The notes beneath the pieces are model-generated. The model was not told the DNA's origin and made no database searches. It worked only from the letters and a program-made list of their open reading frames with translations. This document shows, in pieces, positions 37,943 through 44,943 of a stretch of DNA of 64,000 nt. The DNA lies in the NCBI GenBank assembly GCA_964515545.1, contig CAZERI010000002.1, forward strand, positions 57,612-121,611, written 5' to 3'. Position 1 is the stretch's first letter. Every line of letters begins with the position of its first letter. Origin of the DNA: an uncultured Gammaproteobacteria bacterium (GTDB taxonomy: Bacteria > Patescibacteriota > Microgenomatia > Levybacterales > UBA12049). The translations under genes and the position numbers were made by a program.

Positions 37943-38581
37943 TTACTTCCTTTTCATTACGGTAACAAGTGCTACCACTGATAACGCTAAAGATGCAAAA
38001 GAAAATACCATTGCCTGAGACACCTTTTTATCGGTATCAGAGGATGGAGAAGACAGAGTATTATTCTCTTTGGCAAGATCATTTAGGATCTTTGTCTGAG
38101 AATAAGGGCCCAATCCTTTCTTTTCATTCTCTTCCTGCTTCTCACTTGATATATTTTTCATGGAGTCTGGATTTTGGTCCCATGATATGACTGTCCCATC
38201 CTGGTAAGTCTGGTAGGCTTTCCAGATGAGAGTTGTTTCACTTGCTGGAGCTTGTGCTTGAAAATAGAATTCATCACGCTGCCCCATAGGAATAGATCCG
38301 CCTGTCCACTCAATTTCAGTAACCACTCCCTCACCAGATTTTTTGAGATCGATTGTCCAGCCTGGCTTGACATTGGGAGTTACTGATTTTAAGCCATCGG
38401 GTATGAGTAGACGCAGTCCTGTTGTCGGGTTATCTTTTTCATTGGGAACACCAACAGTAAAGACCTGCCGTACAGCTGCACCCGTTTCATTTGGTTTGAC
38501 GACCACATGGGCAAAGCTAGGCATTACTACGATAAAAAGTGAGAGGACAGCACTAGTAGCGCTTATGATAATTTTTTTCAT
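37943..38581 (-). CDS. YcnI-like (DUF1775) extracytoplasmic copper-binding protein with a C-terminal membrane anchor
   Basis: Signal peptide ...VVMPSFA then a mature N-terminus HVVVKPNETGAAVRQVFTVGVPNEKD, the DUF1775/YcnI hallmark (N-terminal His). S/T-rich linker and a C-terminal TM. ATG at complement 38581 with a GGGGGTG SD; the track uses the upstream GTG at 38590. Confidence 0.6.
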   Translation of the reverse strand: MKKIIISATSAVLSLFIVVMPSFAHVVVKPNETGAAVRQVFTVGVPNEKDNPTTGLRLLIPDGLKSVTPNVKPGWTIDLKKSGEGVVTEIEWTGGSIPMGQRDEFYFQAQAPASETTLIWKAYQTYQDGTVISWDQNPDSMKNISSEKQEENEKKGLGPYSQTKILNDLAKENNTLSSPSSDTDKKVSQAMVFSFASLALSVVALVTVMKRK

Positions 38582-39140
38582 GGTGATCACCCCCTTTCTT
38601 TATTTCTTTTTTCAGAGTCCGCTTATGAACCATAAAATAGACAGCAATACAGATAAGAAGGATACTGCCTCCCAGAACAGCTGGTGAGATGAATGACTTT
38701 GCCGTTTTTTTCTCACCTGATGAGGGCGAAGCATCCTGATCTATTCTAAAATCCCATGAAAGAGCAAAGGGCGTAAAGGAATTGTTATTGCGTGATTTGC
38801 CAATAACCGCAACAGTATAAATATCACGTTTTGGGAAGGTATACGCTGCACTCGCACTGAATACATTAGGCTTATTATCTGTTTTAAAAAGGGGTGCTGA
38901 GTAAATTTTCTTCCCATTCTGAACTACTTCAAAGGTACAATCGCAGTCCTCAGCCCTAAATTTATTAGTTTTGTCTTTGAATTCAAAGAGAAAAGTCGCT
39001 TGTGAGTTAGCGATAGGTTCATCATTAGGATCTACATGCAGGATTGCTCCTATACTACCGTCAGTTTCGAGGGTGTGTGCCTGAACATCCGCTGGAAGTA
39101 AGAAAAGCAGTACTAGTAAAAGGGTAAAAAATATTTTCAT
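38553..39140 (-). CDS. CopC-like secreted protein with an N-terminal His after signal cleavage (candidate His-brace) and a C-terminal TM anchor
   Basis: Signal peptide ...PADVQA then HTLETDGSIGAILHV...ATFLFEFKD, arranged like CopC (H1...P...I.L.F.E). S/P-rich linker, TM, then an HH-rich tail (GGDHHEKNYH). The family assignment is tentative. Confidence 0.4.
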   Translation of the reverse strand: MKIFFTLLLVLLFLLPADVQAHTLETDGSIGAILHVDPNDEPIANSQATFLFEFKDKTNKFRAEDCDCTFEVVQNGKKIYSAPLFKTDNKPNVFSASAAYTFPKRDIYTVAVIGKSRNNNSFTPFALSWDFRIDQDASPSSGEKKTAKSFISPAVLGGSILLICIAVYFMVHKRTLKKEIKKGGDHHEKNYHKRY

Positions 39141-40738
39141 TTAACCTCCAAAGTAAAGTCACTAGTAAGTAGCTTATCACCAGGGTTGAATTCTGCAAAT
39201 GCTTTATAAATTCCTGGTGTAAATGGTCCATAAATACCAATAGGCAGAAAATCTACTGTAGGACCGGTCGTAGCGTTGGGAGGTGGTGGAGTGAGGGTGT
39301 AAGGGTGAACATGAATAAAGTCAAAAGTCTTTTCATTGATCATGGTTAGATGGCCAAAAGAGGAGAGATAGGGTTTGAGATTGGTGACAGGCTTCCCTGT
39401 CTTGGCATCTTTGAAAGTAAAAGTGATAGTCTGTTCACCCCGTGACATCTGAGATGCAGAAAGTACTCCATGAGTATCAACAGAGATAGAATAGGAATCA
39501 AATATTTTTGCTTTATCGATATCTGGTACATCTTTTGATAGAACTGGTGTCTCAGGTACCTCTCCGACAGGCAGGGTAAATCCCACTTGCTGCTCGATTC
39601 CGCCTAGGGGCTGAAATTCAACATATAAATGATATAAGTCATCTTTAGGAAATTGTGTAGTTATAGTAAATCTTCCATCATCATTCTCAGTTGGATGGAT
39701 ATGATTAAAGTACGATAGGTTGCTGCTCACGATAATAAAATGCATCAGCTTTTCATAAACAGTATTAAATAACTTTACCTGATATCCGTTACTTGCATCA
39801 TAAACTGTGAAATAGAGTGTGACATCCTCATTTGGCTCTGGATTGGGGGGGTCGGAAGCAATACTTACGGTATATCTCTTTGTAGGATCGCCGTTCACAC
39901 CAGGGATTTTACCCAGGTCTGTATTTCCGATTGTATTTTGGGAACTCTGATCAAGTGCTCTTTGTGCCAACCTTTTATGGGCAGTATGAATATCAAATGA
40001 GATACTGCCATCAGGAGAGGAGATAAGCGGAGAAATAATAGTAACGTAGAGTATTCCTAAGATAACAGCCATAATTCCCTGGCTAATGCTTATTTTGGGA
40101 AGCGAAATAAATCGTTTAAATAACTTATCAAAGCGGGGTGCTTCAAGAAGAAGAAGGAAAGTAAGAGCAATAAATGTCACGTGAGGTATAACGTCTGAAA
40201 GTACTGAGAAATGTGATCCCAGCATTACTGTATGGACCAGAATGGTGATTCCTGCCAGATAGACAAAGCGGTGCAGTAATTTCCATTTAGCAAATGACAA
40301 TTTCTCGACTGCGTAATCAAAAGAGGTAATAGCAAGGAGAGAAAAAATAAAAAGCCCGATAAAGCCTAGGATGATAGCTAATAGATAGCTTCCTTCCAAG
40401 AAGCTTAGCCCTGAGAATCCGCCTAATTGCCCAAACAGCGAAATCATACTATGAAGGAAACCAAAATAAAATGCCAATACTCCCAAGGCCCGACGTGACT
40501 CCATAAACTGATCGCGGTAGTGAAATGAGCGGAAAGTATAGCAGAAAGGTCCTGCGAGGAGAGAGAAATAGAGAAATACAAGAGATACAAGACCATAATA
40601 CTCGACGAGCTTGGCAGTTTGCGAAATACCTAGTGAGTAACGGGTAACGACCAGCATGTAAATAAGGGAAGAGAGGATGATACCACTGATAAGGATAGAT
40701 GCCCGTAAAGATCGTAAATACGTAGAGATATTACTCAT
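39137..40738 (-). CDS. Ferric-reductase-like transmembrane domain protein (FRD, MsrQ/YedZ-like) fused to two extracytoplasmic His-motif repeat domains
   Basis: 6 TM N-terminal domain with LGVLAFYFGFLHSM and WKLLHRFVYLAGITILVH (H-x12-H in one helix, as in FRD/NOX heme ligation). The C-terminal 300 aa hold two ~110-aa repeats, each with F-x-H-[IV]-H-P (FNHIHP, FIHVHP). ATGA coupling to the downstream gene. Confidence 0.55.
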   Translation of the reverse strand: MSNISTYLRSLRASILISGIILSSLIYMLVVTRYSLGISQTAKLVEYYGLVSLVFLYFSLLAGPFCYTFRSFHYRDQFMESRRALGVLAFYFGFLHSMISLFGQLGGFSGLSFLEGSYLLAIILGFIGLFIFSLLAITSFDYAVEKLSFAKWKLLHRFVYLAGITILVHTVMLGSHFSVLSDVIPHVTFIALTFLLLLEAPRFDKLFKRFISLPKISISQGIMAVILGILYVTIISPLISSPDGSISFDIHTAHKRLAQRALDQSSQNTIGNTDLGKIPGVNGDPTKRYTVSIASDPPNPEPNEDVTLYFTVYDASNGYQVKLFNTVYEKLMHFIIVSSNLSYFNHIHPTENDDGRFTITTQFPKDDLYHLYVEFQPLGGIEQQVGFTLPVGEVPETPVLSKDVPDIDKAKIFDSYSISVDTHGVLSASQMSRGEQTITFTFKDAKTGKPVTNLKPYLSSFGHLTMINEKTFDFIHVHPYTLTPPPPNATTGPTVDFLPIGIYGPFTPGIYKAFAEFNPGDKLLTSDFTLEVK

Positions 40739-40954
40739 AAGTAGAATACTCGTATGGCTCAGGAATAGAGAACCATTCCACTATAATACGTTTTTCCTCT
40801 AAAGAGAAGACTCTAAAGCAGGTAATTCTTACGAAAAAAGCCCCAGAAGGGTTGCGAGAAATGAGTCCCTCGGCGCTTTTTTCGTCCCATCGCGTGATGG
40901 GAAAGCATCATAGGCAACTCCTTCTCCCTTGTGGGGCTTTGGATACCAAAACGA

Positions 40955-41560
40955 TCAGGAAGGATTGGGCGCAGGGTGAGGGAAAGGGTTCCACTTAGGG
41001 AGTCTCAGACTCCTGAGGTGGAATTTCCGCAGTTTCCGCCTAGGTCGTTCGCCTCTGTAGACAAAAACGATCTGACCTCCGAGGAGGTAGTCGTCTTCCT
41101 CGATGACGAAGTTGCTGACGTAGACCATCCCTGACCAGCAGGGGATCTCTCTGCTGCAGGGACAGCGTCCGTACCCTCCACGCATCAGAAGATCGTATGT
41201 CACTCCTGAGAGGGTGAATTTTGCCTCGAAGAGCTCTGCCTCTGTCAGCATGAGCGGGGTAATAGCTACAGGGATGGGCTCACTCTGAGACTTGACAAGG
41301 CTGAAGAACGTTGAGACGAACTTCATGTCCCTGCCTACGAATACAGTGTACGTACTGTCCCCGCTACGACTATAGTGATACTCCACTCGGTGTCCATCCA
41401 CTTCGAGGATGGCGGAGGGGAGGAAGCTCCACATGATACGGACGCTGATAACGCAGGTGATAATGACCGCAGGTGGAAGGATTATCCACCCTACGGGAAG
41501 CCCTGAGATCCACAGGAGAGTGATGCCGGCGGACATGAAGGTAATTCCTTTCCAAGGCAT
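40955..41560 (-). CDS. Hypothetical membrane-anchored protein inside a high-GC islet
   Basis: 201-aa ORF with two N-terminal TM helices. Local GC is about 50% against ~40% flanks. Overlapping ORFs in other frames make the exact gene model uncertain. Confidence 0.4.
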   Translation of the reverse strand: MPWKGITFMSAGITLLWISGLPVGWIILPPAVIITCVISVRIMWSFLPSAILEVDGHRVEYHYSRSGDSTYTVFVGRDMKFVSTFFSLVKSQSEPIPVAITPLMLTEAELFEAKFTLSGVTYDLLMRGGYGRCPCSREIPCWSGMVYVSNFVIEEDDYLLGGQIVFVYRGERPRRKLRKFHLRSLRLPKWNPFPHPAPNPS

Positions 41561-41839
41561 TTGACCTGTCCTTTCTGATTTGCTTTGAAAGAGCGATGGA
41601 CACAGTGTCCAGTCCCCATAGTATACAGGAATGAGGCCTTAAGTTCAAACTATAAGATGTAGGAGGAGAGACAGCAGATAAGCGTCACTTATAGGTAGTT
41701 GTGGTAATGTTTGCCTCAGGTATGGATTTCAGGTAAAATATAGTGCTGGCTAATTGCTTATTGCAAATGGTTAATAGTTTATAAATCAGGTATCCTATTT
41801 TGAACTATTAGCTATACGCTATTTGCTATTAACTAATAT

Positions 41840-41912
41840 GGCCCCATCGTCTAGTGGCCTAGGACACTGGATTCTCATTCCAGTAACCGGGATTCGAATT
41901 CCCGTGGGGTCA
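41840..41912 (+). tRNA. tRNA-Glu (anticodon CTC)
   Basis: Cloverleaf folded by hand. Acceptor GGCCCCA/TGGGGTC, D-arm GTCT-AGTGGCCTA-GGAC, anticodon stem CTGGA/TCCAG with loop TTCTCAT, T-arm CGGGA-TTCGAAT-TCCCG, discriminator A. No encoded CCA in this copy. Confidence 0.85.
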
Positions 41913-41913
41913 C
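41896..41913 (+). repeat. Direct repeat copy 1 (GAATTCCCGTGGGGTCAC), the 3' end of tRNA-Glu
   Basis: Exact 18-nt identity with 42276-42293. Confidence 0.85.
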
Positions 41914-41954
41914 TTCGGCAAGCTCAGTGCAAGCACAAATTAGATACTTATCTT

Positions 41955-42251
41955 ATGTGGTTTGTTTACATGCTTCTTTGTGATGAGAAAACTTTCTATA
42001 TAGGGATTTCTGACGACCTCAAAAATCGACTGTTCCAACATAAAAATAAACTAAATATTTCTACCAAAAAGTTTTCTGATTTTGATTTAGTTTATGCAGA
42101 AAAGTATCAGTCTAAATTCGAAGCTGCAAAGCGGGAAAAGCAGTTAAAAGGATGGTCTCATGCAAAGAAGCAGATGCTAATTGATGGAAAGCTTGGAATA
42201 AATGCTTGTACTGAGTTGGCGAAGGGTCTCGTTAGAGAATTAGAACTTTGA
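41955..42251 (+). CDS. GIY-YIG nuclease family protein (YhbQ/UPF0213-like, ~98 aa)
   Basis: MWFVYMLLCDEKTFYIGISDDLKNRLFQHKNK...FDLVYAEKYQSKFEAAKREKQLKGWSHAKKQ matches the GIY-YIG core (YVYIL.C.DG.LY.G.T.DL..RL..H ... E..A..RE.QIK.WSR.KK). The track ORF is artificially extended 5' through the tRNA. Confidence 0.8.
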   Translation: MWFVYMLLCDEKTFYIGISDDLKNRLFQHKNKLNISTKKFSDFDLVYAEKYQSKFEAAKREKQLKGWSHAKKQMLIDGKLGINACTELAKGLVRELEL

Positions 42252-42275
42252 GTTTACTCCGAGCAACGCCGAGGA

Positions 42276-42293
42276 GAATTCCCGTGGGGTCAC
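42276..42293 (+). repeat. Direct repeat copy 2 (GAATTCCCGTGGGGTCAC), followed by CA to give an encoded CCA
   Basis: Exact 18-nt identity with 41896-41913. Upstream flank CCGAGGA resembles a degenerate T-arm (CCGGGAT in the tRNA). Confidence 0.85.
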
Positions 42294-42316
42294 CAGTATG
42301 ACGGTAGTCTTACATA

Positions 42317-42739
42317 TTAATAGATATTTTTAAGGAAAAATCCTCGCACAGTTTTAACGCTGAAATACAAAGCAAAAAGGAAAAGGACAGCCTGTATTTG
42401 ATTTGCCCAGAAATATAAATTTACTATTGAATAAGTAATATAGCTATCGATAGCATAATATCCAAAAATAAAAACTCCACCCAACGCAATAATAGTATCT
42501 AGTATAGCAACCCATTTTTGAGCAGGATTCGTTGCTCCAGCTACTATCCCTAAGGCAAGAACTATTATTAATGCTAGATAAGTCGATACTGGAATATAAT
42601 CCGTGAGAAAAGGAAGTAATAACAGCATTAAAATGGCAGATGTTAGATAGAGTATACGCACTATATCACCATAGTAATGATGCATATTCTTTAATAAGTT
42701 TAAAAATGTAAGTTGTGTGTCCATCATGCTCACTCCCAT
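42317..42739 (-). CDS. Hypothetical integral membrane protein (4 TM)
   Basis: Hydrophobic ORF. I chose the internal start (MGVSMMD...) to avoid a 74-nt overlap with the cupin gene; start uncertain. Confidence 0.45.
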   Translation of the reverse strand: MGVSMMDTQLTFLNLLKNMHHYYGDIVRILYLTSAILMLLLLPFLTDYIPVSTYLALIIVLALGIVAGATNPAQKWVAILDTIIALGGVFIFGYYAIDSYITYSIVNLYFWANQIQAVLFLFALYFSVKTVRGFFLKNIY

Positions 42740-42755
42740 CTCCAAGAAGAGTACC

Positions 42756-43124
42756 TTATTCGTACTCTTCTTGATTGGCCTCCTCCTTTGTTCTATGGAC
42801 AGTTCCGTCTGGATGTTCCGGAGGCGCATATGCTGTAAAGAGCCTCAATTCCTCATCATCAGTATTTCTAATATTGTGTGTTACTCCTGCCGGTACAAAG
42901 ATGAGATCATGCTCTTTTACTTTTTGAGTCTGGCCATTAAGGATAGCTTCTCCCTCTCCATCTATAACGATGAGTATTTGGTCGACACTGGGATGGACTT
43001 CTTCCCCAATATCTTCTCCTACAGGTATACACATGGTAACGATCTGACTATATTTCCCCGTATAAAGAACTCTCCGATAGTCTGTATTCGCCTTTGCTAA
43101 TTCTTTAATATCTTCTACATACAT
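42756..43124 (-). CDS. Cupin-domain protein
   Basis: G(X)5HXH-like and G(X)5PXG-like cupin motifs (IPVGEDIGEEVHP..DQILIVIDGEG ... LIFVPAGVTHNIRN). A strong SD AAGGAGGTGAAGG lies 5 nt before the ATG at 43124; the track's longer start at 43151 contains this SD. Confidence 0.75.
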   Translation of the reverse strand: MYVEDIKELAKANTDYRRVLYTGKYSQIVTMCIPVGEDIGEEVHPSVDQILIVIDGEGEAILNGQTQKVKEHDLIFVPAGVTHNIRNTDDEELRLFTAYAPPEHPDGTVHRTKEEANQEEYE

Positions 43125-43254
43125 ATCCTTCACCTCCTTATTGAAATACATAAGTAGAATACGCTTAGGAGAGTCTTATTACATTAATTTGAATCATAGA
43201 AATAAGGTGATATAAATCAGTGATTTATTATAAGAACTTACGTATTCTTCGACT

Positions 43255-43605
43255 ATGATCAAACTCTTAAAAGAAGGTCGATATACATTATTAGAGACAA
43301 AAAATCAGACAAAAGTCCTGATACTCGATGAAGCCAAAAAGTTCGCATGGATAAATGTCTCAGATATCGGTGAGATATTAGTCACCACCCATAAAACATT
43401 ACGAACGGATAATTTGTTATCTATTGGGAAGTATAGGCTTTATGATGTTCGGGATGAACCAGAATTAACTGATTTAATTCATCTTGAGTTGCTTGTAGGA
43501 GATGGTATGTGGCAAGGATACTTGTTACCATTAGGGATGCCTACTGATATAAAAAAAAGAGGAAGAGTTATTCCAACAGAAGAGACAATTTCGGTTTCCT
43601 ACTAA
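43255..43605 (+). CDS. Hypothetical protein
   Basis: 116-aa ORF with no recognisable family; its stop overlaps the convergent Crp gene end. Confidence 0.35.
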   Translation: MIKLLKEGRYTLLETKNQTKVLILDEAKKFAWINVSDIGEILVTTHKTLRTDNLLSIGKYRLYDVRDEPELTDLIHLELLVGDGMWQGYLLPLGMPTDIKKRGRVIPTEETISVSY

Positions 43606-44246
43606 GTCTCTCTTTCCAGCTCAACTGTAAGCTTTGCTACGTCTTGGATGATAAGTTGATGTTTTACACTTGTAACTAACTTTTTCTCTTTTAATATCTT
43701 TACTTCGCGACTCACTGTCTCTCTGGTAAGTCCAGACTGTGCTGCTATGTCTTTTTCTGAGATGGTTAGGGTAGCTGGAGAATTTCCTTTTGCAAAGCGA
43801 TTAACATAAATCAGCAGCTCTGTTATAAGCCTTGCGTATGCACTGCCAGACATCAAATAAGTCATGCGTGTTAGGAGGCCGTCAACACCGCTAAAAACTC
43901 TACTTATAAGGTCATAGAGAACATCAGGGTTATTCTTTATAAAGGTTATTACTTCTTCTCTGGGAGCACGCCATAACTCGACATCAGACATCGCTTCATA
44001 AAAATATTTATTTGGAGTTTGGTTAATTGCCCAATTCATAGGGAAGAAGGCAATCGGTTTAAAAACATTAATTACCAATTCATCTCCATTATGTGAGATT
44101 GCGTACTGTTTTACGAACCCCTCTTTCAAGTAAAAAACACCTAAGGGGTCATCATCAGCCCTTACTAAGATTTCTCCTTTTGTATATGTCTGATGCTTAA
44201 AGCGAGTAAAGAAAGTCTCAATCTTTTTAGAGATAACTTCATCCAT
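43602..44246 (-). CDS. Crp/Fnr family transcriptional regulator (second copy)
   Basis: cNMP-binding fold plus C-terminal HTH (DIAAQSGLTRETVSREVKILKEKKLV). Confidence 0.85.
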   Translation of the reverse strand: MDEVISKKIETFFTRFKHQTYTKGEILVRADDDPLGVFYLKEGFVKQYAISHNGDELVINVFKPIAFFPMNWAINQTPNKYFYEAMSDVELWRAPREEVITFIKNNPDVLYDLISRVFSGVDGLLTRMTYLMSGSAYARLITELLIYVNRFAKGNSPATLTISEKDIAAQSGLTRETVSREVKILKEKKLVTSVKHQLIIQDVAKLTVELERET

Positions 44247-44333
44247 GGCTGTATTGTAACAGAGGTTGGTTCATGATTCTAATTTCTCCAAATAATTAGC
44301 GATTAGGTGGTCTCAAAGCAGGTTCTAACTCAC

Positions 44334-44361
44334 AAAAAAGCCCACGGAAAGTGGGCTTTTT
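44334..44361. terminator. Intrinsic terminator (AAAAAAG-CCCAC-GGAAA-GTGGG-CTTTTT)
   Basis: Perfect 6-bp GC stem with a 5-nt loop, flanked by an A-run and a T-run; lies just after the minus-strand VOC gene. Confidence 0.8.
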
Positions 44362-44379
44362 AAGAAGGCTGAAATAGCT

Positions 44380-44793
44380 TTATTTTCCTGATATGTTTAC
44401 CAGCCAGTCTATACCGAATTTATCAGTAAGCATACCGAAAGTATCTCCCCAAGGTGCAGTCTCCATGGGTACAGTGACCTTTGCTCCTTCTGAGAGCTTG
44501 TTCCAGTAGCCTTTGAGTTTTTCTTCATCAGTTTTTTCACCGCTTAGTGAGATACTCATACCACCTCTCTGGCCGTACTCCATTTCAGGAGGTGTATCTG
44601 CTGCCATAATGGTGATTTCAGGACCGACAATAAGCATTGCATGCATGATATTATCTGCAGCTGGTCCATCCTGGACAGCTCCGCCTTCTTTAAAAGTAGA
44701 CATCGTAAGTTCACCGCCGAAAATAGATTTATAAAATTCCATTGCTTCGCGCGCGTTATCTTTGAAATGAATATAAGGATTTAGTTTTGTCAT
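44380..44793 (-). CDS. VOC (glyoxalase/bleomycin-resistance/PhnB-like) family protein
   Basis: 137 aa; ...HAMLIVGPEITIMAADTPPEM...WGDTFGMLTDKFGIDWLVN, as in PhnB-type VOC proteins. Confidence 0.75.
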   Translation of the reverse strand: MTKLNPYIHFKDNAREAMEFYKSIFGGELTMSTFKEGGAVQDGPAADNIMHAMLIVGPEITIMAADTPPEMEYGQRGGMSISLSGEKTDEEKLKGYWNKLSEGAKVTVPMETAPWGDTFGMLTDKFGIDWLVNISGK

Positions 44794-44943
44794 TTATAGT
44801 CACCTCCTTCCAAACAGAGTATAGAGTATAAAGCGTCTAGTAGCTAGCGTCTAATTCTTAGGGATAAGTAATGGTCAACTATGCCCTATTAACTAGATGC
44901 TATTCATAATTGATCGTTTCAAGATTCAGTGTATAATTAGGAG

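Larger units (their letters stand above)
41913..42295 (+). mobile_element. Candidate integrated mini-cassette (remnant) carrying a GIY-YIG nuclease gene, bounded by tRNA-Glu 3'-end direct repeats
   Basis: The intact tRNA upstream lacks an encoded CCA. The distal repeat copy is followed by CA, giving ...GGGGTCACCA, like a displaced original 3' end. No integrase is present. Confidence 0.45.

Noticed and set aside
37943-38590. GTG at 38590 (track start) for the YcnI-like gene
   Set aside because: The ATG at 38581 lies 3 codons downstream and is preceded by a GGGGGTG SD at appropriate spacing; the signal peptide is intact either way.
38343-38687. 114-aa plus-strand ORF, and 38158-38373 minus
   Set aside because: Antisense to or out of frame with the YcnI-like gene, which has signal peptide, family motif and SD support.
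40931-41648. Alternative ORFs in the high-GC islet (40931-41134 plus; 41370-41648 minus)
   Set aside because: High GC inflates ORF length in all frames. I kept only the longest, 40955-41560, which has TM-helix support, and flagged the whole gene model as uncertain.
41823-41954. 5' extension of the track ORF 41823-42251 through the tRNA
   Set aside because: The first 44 codons read through the tRNA-Glu gene. The GIY-YIG homology starts at MWFVYMLLC (41955), which I took as the true start.
42740-43151. Longer starts for the 42317 membrane ORF (to 42829) and the cupin ORF (to 43151)
   Set aside because: The long versions overlap each other by 74 nt. The cupin long form would contain its own SD inside the coding sequence; the shorter forms are preferred.
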